Shown here: positions 29,683 through 39,431 of the stretch, one piece after another | How the letters are laid out: the number at the start of each line of letters is the position of its first letter | Numbering within the stretch: position 1 is the stretch's first letter | Assembly (NCBI GenBank): GCA_965203455.1 | Contig: CBDBCV010000008.1 | Span: forward strand, 2,604-66,603 | DNA: 64,000 nucleotides | Direction of reading: 5' to 3' | From: Alphaproteobacteria bacterium | GTDB taxonomy: Bacteria; Pseudomonadota; Alphaproteobacteria; MPNO01 | Made by a program: the position numbers and the translations under genes | The notes under the pieces: generated by a model | Seen by the model: only the letters and a program-made list of their open reading frames with translations | Told to the model about the DNA's origin: nothing | The model's database searches: none

Positions 29683-30159
29683 GACGCTTACGGATCATCC
29701 GCCCAGCACCCGCACCACCCGGCACAGCGCGTCCGCGTCGAACGACCCGAACGCGCTCACCCGGTGGCCGTTCGACAACGCGACCTCAATGCGACCGTCC
29801 AATGCCGCGGGCAGCTCCGGCGGCGGGTCGGGCACCACCTCCACCGGCAGGAAGGACGGCGCCTCCCCGGCATCGGCCGCCGGCTGATAACGGGGATCGT
29901 GGCGCCAGGTGAAGATCAGGTTGGCGTTCACGTCATAGCGGCGTGCAACCACCGACACCGAGACACCAGGAGCGTAGCTCTGCGCCACGATCCGGCGCTT
30001 CTCGTCGTCCGACCAGAACCGGCGTACCCGACGCCTCATCGCAGCCCCCAAACGATAGTGTCCATTAGCCGATAATGGACACTATCGACCTCAGGAACCT
30101 CGCCACAGACTGCGGCGCCAAACCGACCCGCCACAAGGCCGGTCACGCCAAACGCTTAC
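29683..30159 (-). mobile_element. Partial second IS66-like copy (left end and tnpA' only, ~90% identical to copy 1), abutting copy 1.
   Basis: Sequence homologous to 29212–29682 of copy 1, with SNPs. Contains the tnpA paralogue at 29695..30051 and the IR '…ggtcacgccaaacgcttac'. Confidence 0.8.
29695..30051 (-). CDS. tnpA: IS66 TnpA paralogue (from the partial copy)
   Basis: 118 aa, ~90% identical to the TnpA at 29216..29563. Confidence 0.85.
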   Translation of the reverse strand: MGAAMRRRVRRFWSDDEKRRIVAQSYAPGVSVSVVARRYDVNANLIFTWRHDPRYQPAADAGEAPSFLPVEVVPDPPPELPAALDGRIEVALSNGHRVSAFGSFDADALCRVVRVLGG

Positions 30160-30753
30160 GATCAAGCCGGCAGCGACAACGGAGCGCGCCACGGCCGCCC
30201 GAACGACGGCGTAGCCGTAGTTGAGCAGCGCATTCACGCCTTCGGCCTGTCGGTCGCGTCGGAACGATCTGCCGAAAAGACGCGGCCAGTAGCGCTGAGC
30301 GGCCTGGGCTTCAAGGTTCTCTGGATCTCCCGAGCGCACCCGGCGCGCCATCGGAGCGAGGCCGCCGTGACTTCCGGTGAAATGGGAAAGCACGGTGGCC
30401 TGCTGAACGATCTTGGCCCGCACGATCGCCTGCCACGCCCGTTTTCGAACCGGCGCGCTGATCTCGACTTGCGCCCGGTGACGTTCGGTCTGGACGTGAT
30501 GCGCGTCGAGCGGAAGCATCATTCCGGCGGGTAGATGATCGCGGCCGGTGACCAGCACGGTGGCGCCTGCCTCCAGAAGAGAGAGAAAGACGGACTGCGT
30601 GTAGGTCGCACGGATGTCATCGACGATGACGACGCCGAGATCCTCAATGGGGAGCGTCGCTTTCGGCAGGTCTGGCCGTTCGACCACGAGCTGGCTATTG
30701 GCGACCGAGAGGCGGGTGCCGGGAGTCGAGAACTCGATGGTCTTGCGGATCAT
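30160..30753 (-). pseudogene. cas1: CRISPR-associated Cas1, 3'-truncated by the IS66 insertion (N-terminal ~197 aa retained).
   Basis: 'MIRKTIEFSTPGTRLSVANSQLVV…RRVRSGDPENLEAQAAQRYWPRLFG…NALLNYGYAVVRAAVARSVVAAGL' matches type II Cas1. After 'AAGL' the frame runs into the IS66 IR. Start overlaps the cas9 3' end by 14 bp. Confidence 0.85.
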
Positions 30754-30765
30754 CGCCGGGCACGC

Positions 30766-31296
30766 TCAGTCGTTGGCGGGACGGATGCGACCGATCGGAT
30801 CGACGGAGACCTTCCTGCCGCCGCTTGAGATGATCGTCTTCGCGCCCGGGCGAAACACCGTCACGCCTTCGGCATCGTCATGGTCGACCATGACGACCTG
30901 GCCGGCCGACCATACGCTCTCGACAATCTTAAGCCTGGTTTCTCCGTTTCTGGTGAACTGCAACGAGTCGCCGGGAGCCAGCGACATCACGAACTGCGCG
31001 CCGTCGCCACAATCCCGCCGGACGACGGGTTCGTGCCGCGCCTTGCGACGCGATGCCTCCAGCAGGCTGACTACCTCGTAATCGACGGTTCCGTCGCACA
31101 GCCGGTAGATCGCGATGTGATGATTGTTGCCCAGGTCGGCATAGCCCGTTGATGCTTTCGTCATCAGCTCGATCTGCCGCTTCACGCGCAGGCGGACCTT
31201 GCGGATTTCGGGGCCTTTCCTGCCCCGTTTGGGATAGCCATCCACGAACGCCGCGCCGGGATCGCCACCGTGCTTGTCGACCCATCCTTGGACGAT
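30766..31296 (-). pseudogene. cas9: cas9 C-terminal (PAM-interacting) fragment.
   Basis: '…IVQGWVDKHGGDPGAAFVDGYPKRGRK…NHHIAIYRL…RLKIVESVWS…GRKVSVDPIGRIRPAND*'. Joins in frame to the upstream cas9 segment when the IS3 copy plus one 3-bp duplication are removed. Confidence 0.85.
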
Positions 31297-31356
31297 TGAG
31301 GTGGCGTCGCAAAATCGGACAGGTCGTCAAGGTGTATTCCGCCGTGTGACGGAGGA

Positions 31357-31644
31357 ATGCGGATGAGCAAGCGACGCAGGTTTTCGGGGGAGCTGAAGGC
31401 GAAGATAGCCTTGGAGGCGCTACGGGGTGATCGGACGCTTCAGGAGATTGCCTCGAAGCACCAGGTGCATCCGAACCAGGTGGGTGTGTGGAAGCGCCAG
31501 GCGATGGAGGGTCTGGGGGAGGTCTTTTCCGGTGGAGGTGAGCGCCGGGCGCGGGATCACGAGAGCGAGGTCCGGGCTCTTCACGCCAAGATCGGGGAGT
31601 TGATCGTAGAGCGTGATTTTTTGTCACGCGGGTCCGGTCGCTGA
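31357..31644 (+). CDS. IS3-family transposase OrfA (HTH)
   Basis: 'MRMSKRRRFSGELKAKIALEALRGDRTLQEIASKHQVHPNQVGVWKRQ'. Confidence 0.9.
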   Translation: MRMSKRRRFSGELKAKIALEALRGDRTLQEIASKHQVHPNQVGVWKRQAMEGLGEVFSGGGERRARDHESEVRALHAKIGELIVERDFLSRGSGR

Positions 31645-31664
31645 GCCGGTCCGGGAGACGGGCG

Positions 31665-32630
31665 ATGGTTGTGCGGGGCCACCCGTCGTTGAGCCTGACC
31701 CGGCAATGCCGTCTGCTGTCGATCGGGCGCTCGTCGCTCTATGACCGGCCGAAGGGGGAGAGCGCGGAGACGCTGGCTCTGATGCGCCGGATCGACGCGC
31801 TGTTCCTCAAGTATCCGTTCTACGGCGCCCGCCAGATGGTTCGGCATCTGCGCCGCGAGGGGGTGCGGATCGGGCGGCGGCGGGCCGCTCGCCTGATGCG
31901 CCTGCTTGGTCTTCAGGCGGTCTATCGGGCGCCGCGGACCAGTGCGCCGCACCTCGGGCACCGGGTTTATCCATATCTGCTGCGGGGTCTGGCGATCGAG
32001 CGGCCGAACCATGTGTGGTGCGCCGACATCACCTACATCCCGGTGCGGCGCGGCTTCCTCTACCTGGTGGCGATCATGGACTGGGCGAGCCGCTGCGTCC
32101 TGGCCTGGCGGCTGTCGAACACGCTGGACGCGGGGTTCTGTGTCGAGGCTCTCGACGAAGCCCTGGCGCGCCATGGCACCCCGCAGATCTTCAACACCGA
32201 CCAGGGCAGCCAGTTCACCGGCTTCGCCTTCACCGCGCGCCTGCGGGAGGCCGGTATCCGCATCTCGATGGACGGCCGCGGCCGGTGCATGGACAACATC
32301 TTCATCGAGCGGCTGTGGCGCTCGCTCAAATACGAGGCGGTCTACCTGCACGAGATCGCCGACGGCTTCGCAGCCCGGCGCGTCATCGGCCAGTGGATCG
32401 GCTTCTACAACACCGAGAGACCGCACTCGGCACTCGGCGGGCGGACGCCGGCCGAGGCCTACCGGGGCGACACGCCTGTGGATATGATGGACAAGCCGCT
32501 TCGCGCCTTGACCACATACCCACAGGCGCAACAGCAGCAGCAGAAAGATCGATCCAAGAGGATTCTGGCGGCACAAACTTCAACCGGAATACACCTTGAA
32601 AACGCCGTCAGCCTGTCCGACAAACCGACG
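31665..32630 (+). CDS. IS3-family transposase OrfB (DDE integrase core), expressed by frameshift from orfA. 3' end approximate.
   Basis: '…HVWCADITYIP…LVAIMDWASRCVLAW…FNTDQGSQFT…ERLWRSLKYE…'. The listed ORF extends to 32819 only because the IS end lacks a stop in this frame. Confidence 0.85.
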
Positions 32631-32638
32631 CCACCTCA

Positions 32639-32700
32639 GATGTCGCGCACGCCGTCATCGACGATGTCGACAATCTTAAGGATTGCGTTGGCTCGGCAGA
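32639..32700 (-). pseudogene. cas9: Short internal cas9 segment between the IS3 and IS91-family insertions (upper boundary uncertain).
   Basis: Frame '…KIVDIVDDGVRDI' is continuous with the C-terminal fragment across the IS3 copy. Confidence 0.45.
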
Positions 32701-32975
32701 GCCTACTCAATCCGATTGAGCGAAGGCGCGGTCGTCCGGCGCTGGCGTTGGCTATGTGGGAAGTATGTGGAGACAGCCGTCGGGCCGGACTGGCGGTGTG
32801 CCTGTTGTTGTCCGGTTGAGGCAGCTGATTACGACGGCTGCCGGTTTTTGGCGTCGGGCAGGCGAAGATCGAAGGGGCATCCGGGCCCTGCCTGGCATGC
32901 GGTCGTGCTCGCGGCCGCGCCGGTTGGTTGGCGGACAAGATGTCTGCGCTGTCGGGATCGAGGCAGGAAGCCGGT

Positions 32976-34199
32976 TCACGGCGGCGCATCCGGCGGTCCG
33001 CGGGGCGGATGTTGGCGGCGCCCGGAAGGGATGGGGCAGAGATGCCGCAACGCTCCGCCGCATTGGGGGCAGGCGACCGGCGCGGTCGCGCCGCTGCCGG
33101 GCTCCTCCCGGTCATCGCGGGCTTCGCCCCTGTCCTCATCGGCGCCGGCAGAACCGATGGCGCCGAGAGCTTCTCGCGCTCTTTGGACGGTGCTGGCGCA
33201 GCAGGAGTTGGCGAGGATGCCGAAGTGTCGGATGCGGTGCATGCCGTCGGGCAGCACATGGAGCAGGAAGCGGCGCATGAACTCGTCGACGGCAAGGGTG
33301 GCGGTGCTGTAGCGCGGCTTCTTCTGCCCCGGCTCCTTCGGCTTTCTGTGCCGGAAGGAGACGGTCTGGCCGTCGAAGGCGGTGATGCGGCTGTCGGAGA
33401 TGGCGATCCTGTGTGTATATCGGGACAGGTATCGGAACACTTGCTCCGGCCCCCGGAAGGGCTTCTTGGCATAGACCACCCAGTCCCTGCTGCGGGCGGC
33501 GGCGAGGGTGGCGCGGAACCTGTCGGGGTCGGCGAGGTGGGCGATGTCGCCGTGGAAGACGATCCCGCCCTTGCCCTGCGCCCGGGCGAGTTCTTCGAGG
33601 AAGCGACGTCGGAACAGGCTGGCGAGGACCCTGACGGGAGCCAGGAAGGCGCCGTTCCCGGACTTCCACGCGCCGCTGCCGACCTCGAAGCCGGCGTGAG
33701 GCACGACGACATGCAGATGGGGATGGAAGAGCAGCTTCTGGTCCCAGGTGTGCAGGACGGCGGTGCCGCCGATGCGCATGCCGCCGTGTCGGGGATCGGC
33801 CGCGATGGTGCGCAGCGTCTCGGCCACCGTTCGGAACAGGATGTCGAAGACGGCCCTTCGGTTGCAGAAGGCGATGGCGGCGATCGCTCTGGGCAGGGTG
33901 AAGACGACATGGAAGTAGGGCGCCGGCAGGATGTCGGCGGCGCGCGCCTCGCTCCAGCGATTGGCAGCGAGGCCCTGGCATGTGGGGCAGTGGCGGTTGC
34001 GGCAGGAGTTGTAGAGCGGATGCTCGCGCCCGCAGCCCTCGCAGCGGTACATGTGCCCGCCGAGCGCGGCGGTGCGGCATGCCTCGATCGCGCCCATGAC
34101 CCTGAGCCGCCCGGCGTCGAGCCGGCCGGCCATGCTCTCGCGGTAAGCGGGACCGGCGCGGCGGAAGATCTCCGCCACGCTGGCGCGCTCGCGCGCCAC
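32976..34199 (-). CDS. IS91-family transposase (HUH endonuclease, Y2)
   Basis: N-terminal Zn-finger 'CEGCGREHPLYNSCRNRHCPTC'. HUH 'HPHLHVVVP'. Twin tyrosines '…FRYLSRYTHRIAISDSRI'. Confidence 0.85.
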   Translation of the reverse strand: MARERASVAEIFRRAGPAYRESMAGRLDAGRLRVMGAIEACRTAALGGHMYRCEGCGREHPLYNSCRNRHCPTCQGLAANRWSEARAADILPAPYFHVVFTLPRAIAAIAFCNRRAVFDILFRTVAETLRTIAADPRHGGMRIGGTAVLHTWDQKLLFHPHLHVVVPHAGFEVGSGAWKSGNGAFLAPVRVLASLFRRRFLEELARAQGKGGIVFHGDIAHLADPDRFRATLAAARSRDWVVYAKKPFRGPEQVFRYLSRYTHRIAISDSRITAFDGQTVSFRHRKPKEPGQKKPRYSTATLAVDEFMRRFLLHVLPDGMHRIRHFGILANSCCASTVQRAREALGAIGSAGADEDRGEARDDREEPGSGATAPVACPQCGGALRHLCPIPSGRRQHPPRGPPDAPP

Positions 34200-34205
34200 G
34201 GCAGT

Positions 34206-35090
34206 TCAGCTGCGCAGGACCGGGAAGCCCGAGAGCGGGTGGTCGAGAGCCTCGAACATCCTGCCGGTGGCGCGGGCGTAGCCGCGGGTGGTGTCGGCGC
34301 TTCGATGGCCGAGCGCGTCGCGGATCACCTCCATATCCGCGCCCCGCTCGAGAAGATGCGTCGCCGCCGAGTGACGGAAGCTGTGGAAGCTGTGGCGGGG
34401 ATCGATGCCGACCTTGTCGCGCGCCGCCCTGAAGGCGCGGTGCAGGGCCGCCACCGACAGGGGCTTGTCTGGCGAGACGCCGTAGAACAGCCAGCTCGCC
34501 GGCTGCGGCCAGATGTTCTTCCAGTAACCGCGCAGGTAATCGATGACGCCGTCCGGCAACGGCGCCATCCTCTCGGCGCCGCCCTTGCCGGACGGGATGT
34601 GCAGGCACTTCCTGTCCGACTTGATGTCGCCGACCTTGACGGTCACGGTCTCGGAGACGCGGAGCCCGGCCGCGTAGGCGGTGACGAAGGCGGCGCGATG
34701 GCGGAGGTCGGGCGTGGCGAGAATCAGGCGCTCGACCTCCTGCTCCGTCATGTGGCGCGGCAGCATGTGGGGCTTCTTGCGATTGCGCAGCCCGGCCACG
34801 CGGTCGGGGCAGCCCAGCGTCTCGACATACAGGAACCTGAGGGCCGACAGCGTGGCATTGGTTGTCGCCGCACTGAGGCCCCGGTCGATCAGCCTCAGCA
34901 CCCAGGCGCGCAGCTGGTCGGCATCGAGATCGGCCGGCGAGGCCTTGTAGTGCTGAGCCAGCCGCCTGATCTCGAAGAGGTAGGAGTACTGCGTGCTCTC
35001 CGCCAGGTTGGCGATACGCATCTGCTCGATCATGCGTTGGCGGAGCGGGCTGCCCTGCGCCCGGTCGTGCGCTCTTGCAGTCATCATCGA
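34206..35090 (-). CDS. Tyrosine-type site-specific recombinase/integrase (associated with the IS91-family element).
   Basis: C-terminal catalytic 'HSFRHSAATHLLERGADMEVIRDALGHRSADTTRGY'. Start probably at 'MMTARAHD' (~35090); the listed ORF extends to 35141. Confidence 0.8.
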   Translation of the reverse strand, partial: SMMTARAHDRAQGSPLRQRMIEQMRIANLAESTQYSYLFEIRRLAQHYKASPADLDADQLRAWVLRLIDRGLSAATTNATLSALRFLYVETLGCPDRVAGLRNRKKPHMLPRHMTEQEVERLILATPDLRHRAAFVTAYAAGLRVSETVTVKVGDIKSDRKCLHIPSGKGGAERMAPLPDGVIDYLRGYWKNIWPQPASWLFYGVSPDKPLSVAALHRAFRAARDKVGIDPRHSFHSFRHSAATHLLERGADMEVIRDALGHRSADTTRGYARATGRMFEALDHPLSGFPVLRS

Positions 35091-35280
35091 TCTCCCGGGA
35101 TGACGACAGCGCGCCGCCGGTCCGTTCCGGCGACGGACCATCGAAGAGATCGATGCTAAACCGAGGACAGCCGCCGGACGCAGAAACCGGCACCAAACCC
35201 CACCATCACATCAAATTGTCAGAAAAGACCGAGACCGCGAAAGCGACAACTGCGCGAAGCGCCTTCGTTCAATCCTGGTT

Positions 35281-37841
35281 CCGTTGAAACGCTCGGATTC
35301 GGAGTTCTTCAGTTCCTCGACGGGCTTCCGGCGGACGAAATAGCGGTAGTTCGTCCCGCGCCCACCGGCGATTTCCTTGCCGGTATCGCCGTAGATTGTC
35401 TCCTTGTGGATCTGTCCGGAGACCTTCCTGCGGACCCGATGGGACACCACGATGGCCGCGGCCGCCCGATCGGCGTCGCTTCGAATCGTTCCCCAGGGCG
35501 GGGGAAGGTGCGGCTGGGGCGCGCGCGGATCGTCTTCTTCCTGCCAGTATCGCGCGAGCTGTTGCGTCATCCCGGGGTGGCAGCACGCGACCGCCAGCGC
35601 ATCGACCGCGTGATGGCGGTGATCGGCGCGGGTCTTCTCACCGTCGTCGGCCAAAATATTGTTCAGCCCCCAGAGGCGACGCAGATGCGCGGTGACGCGA
35701 CCGGACACAGCCTGGACGGTGACTGGTGCCTCCGGCCCGAGGTCCGGCCACAGCTTCTTGAGGTAGGCGGCGGCCTCGCGGGCGGCGTACCCGGTGTCGT
35801 TCAACTGCCGGGTGGCGAAATCCTCCGGGATGGAAGGCGCCAGGAATCGCCTGATCTTGCCGGAAGACATGCCCGTCCTGCCCTTGGCGGCCTTCATGCC
35901 GGCCAGTCGGTTCGCAAGGGCATCCCATTCTTCCTCGTTGCTTCGGAAGAACTCCTTCGGGGTCAGGTTACCCTTTTTGAGGTTCACGTCCTTGCGGCAG
36001 AGAGTCTTGTTCCTGAAGCCGTTGTCGAGCGAGCGGGATCTCGGCCAGATGTGCTCCACCTCAAACTCTCCGGTGCGGAACAGGGCGTCGAAGCAAATCG
36101 TGTCCCCGGTGTACGGACAGCGGTGGCCGCACTCCTCCCAGAGCATCCATTTCTCGACATCCGTGCGGGACGGTTCGGCGAACCCGTTCTCCTGGAGCGC
36201 CTCGCGGGCCGCCTTCCGGCGCCGTTCCTGGCGGCGGATGCCCGACGCCTTTTCCTCGCGCTGGCGCTTTGAGTTGCCGACATCGCGCGCGACTTCGACG
36301 CGAATCAGGTCCGGCTTGCCGTACAGGTCGATCAGATTGTTGACCACCTTGCGCAGCTCATTGCGCGTGCGGGCGACCGTCGGGTTGCGCAGGCTGGCGA
36401 GGCGTTCCCTTTCTTCGCGGTCAGTCGGGCTCGGAAGGCGATCGAACACCTCGCCTGTCGGCTGTTCCCGATCGGGAAACGTCTCCGCTCGCCACGCCTC
36501 CCAATCGGGACTCATGACCAGTTCGCCGAACCTGACCCCGGCTTCGAGATGCGGCAGCATCGCCTGCAGCGCCTCGACGGAATAGGGCTCCCAGCCGGAC
36601 GGCAGTTTCAACGTCTCGATCTTGGTCGCCTGATCGTTCGACAGGCCGAACTCCCCGACGAAATTCCGCACGACTTCCGCCCTGCGCTTCGTTCGCTCGG
36701 CCCTGGGAAGAATGACCACGCGCTGAGCGCCCACCTGTTCGTATTCGGCCTGCCAAGTCCGGTGGGGAAGGGTATCCCGGAGTTCCTGCTTGCGCGGATG
36801 CTCCTGCCAATCGCTGCCGAAAATATCCGAGAGCTTCGCCTCCACCGGATTGCCGAGCAGTTTCTTCTCTCCGCTTTCCTCCAGGTTGAACTTGAGCGCC
36901 CTCTCCTCGCCGGGTTCGCCGCGGGCCCGGTAGAGCGGTGCGAGCGCCTGCCGAACGCCGGGCCAGGTCATCGAGGCCTGCGTTTGCAATTTGGAGAGAA
37001 TGGCCGAGCGTTCTTTGAGGTCGAGAGGACGCTGATTGCCGCCGGCAAGCGCGAGGTTGTTCAACTTCTCGAGCATGCGCCGCTGCTGCGAGAGCCAGGA
37101 CCCCTTGGGACAGAGGCGCGCGCCGGGGACGAACCGGCATTTGCCGAGCGTGTTCAGTCGCCAGAAGACGGGCCGCTGGACGAAGATTGCGTCCCGAACG
37201 GAAGAGCGGGATGACCCCGGAACGAGCGGCTTCCACACCCTCTCGAACTCATCCTCGACGATATCCCGCGTGGCATGCTCACCCCGCTTGCGCTCATGCG
37301 GTCCCCGTGCGGCGAGCCAGGCGCCGAGCGTCTTGCGCTCGCGCTTCAATGCCTGAACGGTTTGATCCCGCGCGGACGTCGCTTTCTTGTCGTCTGCATC
37401 ATCGGGCGCGTCATCGGCAGTGTCGGAAACCTCGTCGATATCGCGGCCCCTGAAGTGGCGGCGCTGCGCAAGGTGATAGATGGCGCGGCCGATTTCATGG
37501 GTAGACAGCGTCTCGTCCTCAAACGCGCGCCGCCGGAGATCGTAGGGATCGCGCTTCATGACCCGATCCCAGTCGGACGAATTGCGCGATGGCAGCAATC
37601 CGGCGGCATGCAATAGATCGCCGAGCAGGCGCCGGCGCTCTCGCCGACGGCGCAGTTGACGGCGGCGAAGACGGGCCCGCCGCCGCTCCTGGTTCAACGG
37701 CACGCCCTTCGGATCGCGGGCTTCCGGGAAGATTCGCACGCCGAGACGGTGGATTTTTCCCGTGGCGAGCTCGGGATCGTGGTCGATCACGGCGAACCCG
37801 ACCGAGGTTGTACCGATGTCGAGGCCGAATACGAGCGGCAT
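35281..37841 (-). pseudogene. cas9: cas9 N-terminal ~855 aa (RuvC-I, bridge helix, REC, HNH, RuvC-II/III), disrupted downstream by the IS91-family element. Start codon lies within the IS256 target duplication.
   Basis: RuvC-I 'GLDIGTTSVGFAV'. Arg-rich bridge helix. HNH 'EVEHIWPRSRSLDNGFRNKTLCRKDVNLKKGN'. RuvC-III 'HHAVDALAV'. Native sequence ends near '…RKPVEELKNSE'. Confidence 0.9.
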
Positions 37842-37847
37842 GCGAGG

Positions 37848-39126
37848 GTGACGTAAGAATTTATGTGTCAGGCGGGAAGGGGGTACTCCCTGTGGTGATG
37901 ACAACCACAAGCAGGAGCACCCCGCATGTCCCAGCAAGCTGCGACGATCATGAGCCTACCGCAGGCGTTTGAGGTGGTGAAGGAGATGCAGGCAGGCGGA
38001 CTGGACTGGGGCGAGGGTTATCGCCCGCTCGGCCGCCAGGCGCTGGCCGAGATCATTGAGGGCCGGATGGCCGAGGCGGTGGACCGCTGGCTCGACAACC
38101 TGGACGCCGGCGCGATGCGCGACCGGCGCAACGGCACCTACCGGCGCTGCCTGCTGAGCGAGCTCGGCGACATCGAGTTCAACGTGCCGCGCACCCGGCA
38201 CTTCTGCCCGACCGGTGTTCTGAAGAGCTATGCAAGGCGCGCGCCGGAGATCGACCGCGCCATCCTGGCCGGCTTCGTGCTGGGGCTCTCGACGCGCAAG
38301 GTCGGCGAGGTCTTGCTGGCTCTGCTCGGATGTCCGGTCTCGGCCGCGACGGTCAGCCGGGTCGCCAGGACGCTCGACATGGCGGTCGCGGCCTTCCACC
38401 GCAGGCCGCTGAAGAACGCCTACAAGGCGCTGATGCTCGACGGCGTGGTGCTGGCCCGCAAGACCGGCGCCGGCGCGCTCAGGAGGCCGGTCCTGGTGGC
38501 GCTGGGCATCCGCCCCGACGGCAAGAAGGAGATCATCGACTTCCAGCTGGCCGGCAGCGAGAGCGCCGCGGAGTGGGAAGCGTTCCTCAACCGGCTCTAC
38601 CACCGCGGGCTCACCGGAGAGGGCCTGGAGATGATCTGCGTCGATGGCGGCAAGGGCCTGCTGGCCGCCTTGCCCTTCGTCTATCCCGGCATCCCGGTTC
38701 AGAGGTGCTGGGCGCACAAGATGCGCAACATCCTCAACAGGGTCCGCGAGGCCGACCAGGAGGCCGTCAAGGCCGACGTCCACGCCGTCATGAATGCCCC
38801 CAACCGCCGCAAGGCCCAGAGCGCCGCGCGGCGCTTCGCCGACCGTTGGCAGAGCGCTTACCCCAAGGCGGTCGACTGCCTGCGCAACGATCTCGACGAT
38901 CTGCTCACCTGCTACCGCTACAGGACCCTTGCCGAGCGAAAGCGGGTCAGGACCACAAACGCCATCGAACGAAGGTTCCGGGAGGTCCGCAGACGAACAC
39001 GGCCCATGGGAACCTTCCAGGACCCAACCTCAATGGACCGCGTCCTCTACGCGGTCTTCATCCACGAAAACAAGTCTCAGGGAATCAGCACCCCCGTCTC
39101 CCTGACACATAACTCTTGACGTTACC
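37848..39126 (+). mobile_element. IS256-family IS (~1279 bp) inserted exactly at the cas9 start codon.
   Basis: Imperfect IRs 'gtgacgtaagaatttatgtgtcagg' and 'ggtaacgtcaagagttatgtgtcagg' (reverse complement). 8–9-bp duplication '(c)atgcgagg' at 37839–37847 and 39127–39135 contains the cas9 ATG. Confidence 0.85.
37926..39119 (+). CDS. IS256-family (mutator-type) transposase
   Basis: 397 aa. 'RCWAHKMRNI' and DDE motifs are typical of IS256 Tnp. Confidence 0.9.
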   Translation: MSQQAATIMSLPQAFEVVKEMQAGGLDWGEGYRPLGRQALAEIIEGRMAEAVDRWLDNLDAGAMRDRRNGTYRRCLLSELGDIEFNVPRTRHFCPTGVLKSYARRAPEIDRAILAGFVLGLSTRKVGEVLLALLGCPVSAATVSRVARTLDMAVAAFHRRPLKNAYKALMLDGVVLARKTGAGALRRPVLVALGIRPDGKKEIIDFQLAGSESAAEWEAFLNRLYHRGLTGEGLEMICVDGGKGLLAALPFVYPGIPVQRCWAHKMRNILNRVREADQEAVKADVHAVMNAPNRRKAQSAARRFADRWQSAYPKAVDCLRNDLDDLLTCYRYRTLAERKRVRTTNAIERRFREVRRRTRPMGTFQDPTSMDRVLYAVFIHENKSQGISTPVSLTHNS

Positions 39127-39135
39127 CATGCGAGG

Positions 39136-39300
39136 CGACCCTGTTGCTTTTCCGGTTCAGAATGTTAGCCTTGCGTTTGTAGCAAATCGAGAAGCGGTCG
39201 GTTTCCTTTTCGCAGCAAATCGATCCTTCGTGCGGGCTCGGTGTCCCAGGATCGTCCACCGGCATCAAAAAGCCTCCGTCCTCTGACGGGGGCTTTTCGC
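39136..39300. ncRNA. Candidate tracrRNA / anti-repeat remnant immediately upstream of the cas9 start (strand unresolved).
   Basis: Contains 'gtttgtagcaaatcgagaagcggtcggtttccttttcgcagcaaat', which resembles type II-C repeat/anti-repeat ends (GTTGTAGC…TTTCGCAG…GCTACAA). Nexus-like 'AAGGC' on the cas9 strand. Nested hairpins. Bidirectional intrinsic terminator at 39272–39297. Confidence 0.35.
39272..39297. terminator. Bidirectional rho-independent terminator
   Basis: 'gcctccgtcctctgacgggggc' hairpin flanked by A5 upstream and T4 downstream. Confidence 0.6.
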
Positions 39301-39431
39301 TTCTCAAGGACATCGCGATGAGGCCACAGTCTTGCCGGAACACTGGTATGTTCTTCGATGATTGGCTTGGGGCTTGCAGCGAAATCGGCTTGCAACAATG
39401 GGCGGTGCGCACGTTCCACAGCGGGAACTCC

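Larger units (their letters stand above)
31297..32638 (+). mobile_element. IS3-family IS, copy 1 (1342 bp) inserted in cas9.
   Basis: Ends 'TGAGGTGGCG…CGCCACCTCA'. 3-bp target duplication GAT. orfA/orfB with a 'TTTTTTG' −1 frameshift site. Identical to copies at 43117 and 44909. Confidence 0.9.
32701..35280 (-). mobile_element. IS91-family (rolling-circle, HUH-Y2) element with a tyrosine-recombinase gene, inserted in cas9. Ends approximate.
   Basis: Contains the Y2 transposase and an integrase. Bounded by cas9 sequence on both sides. Exact termini not determinable by eye. Confidence 0.6.

Noticed and set aside
30766-31245. 159-aa ORF as an independent small gene.
   Set aside because: It is the C-terminal PAM-interacting portion of cas9. 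The open frame continues upstream to the IS3 boundary at 31296.
32636-33910. 424-aa Ser/Pro/Ala-rich ORF on the minus strand.
   Set aside because: Out-of-frame reading across the IS91-family transposase gene. Only its last ~20 codons (cas9-derived) are meaningful.
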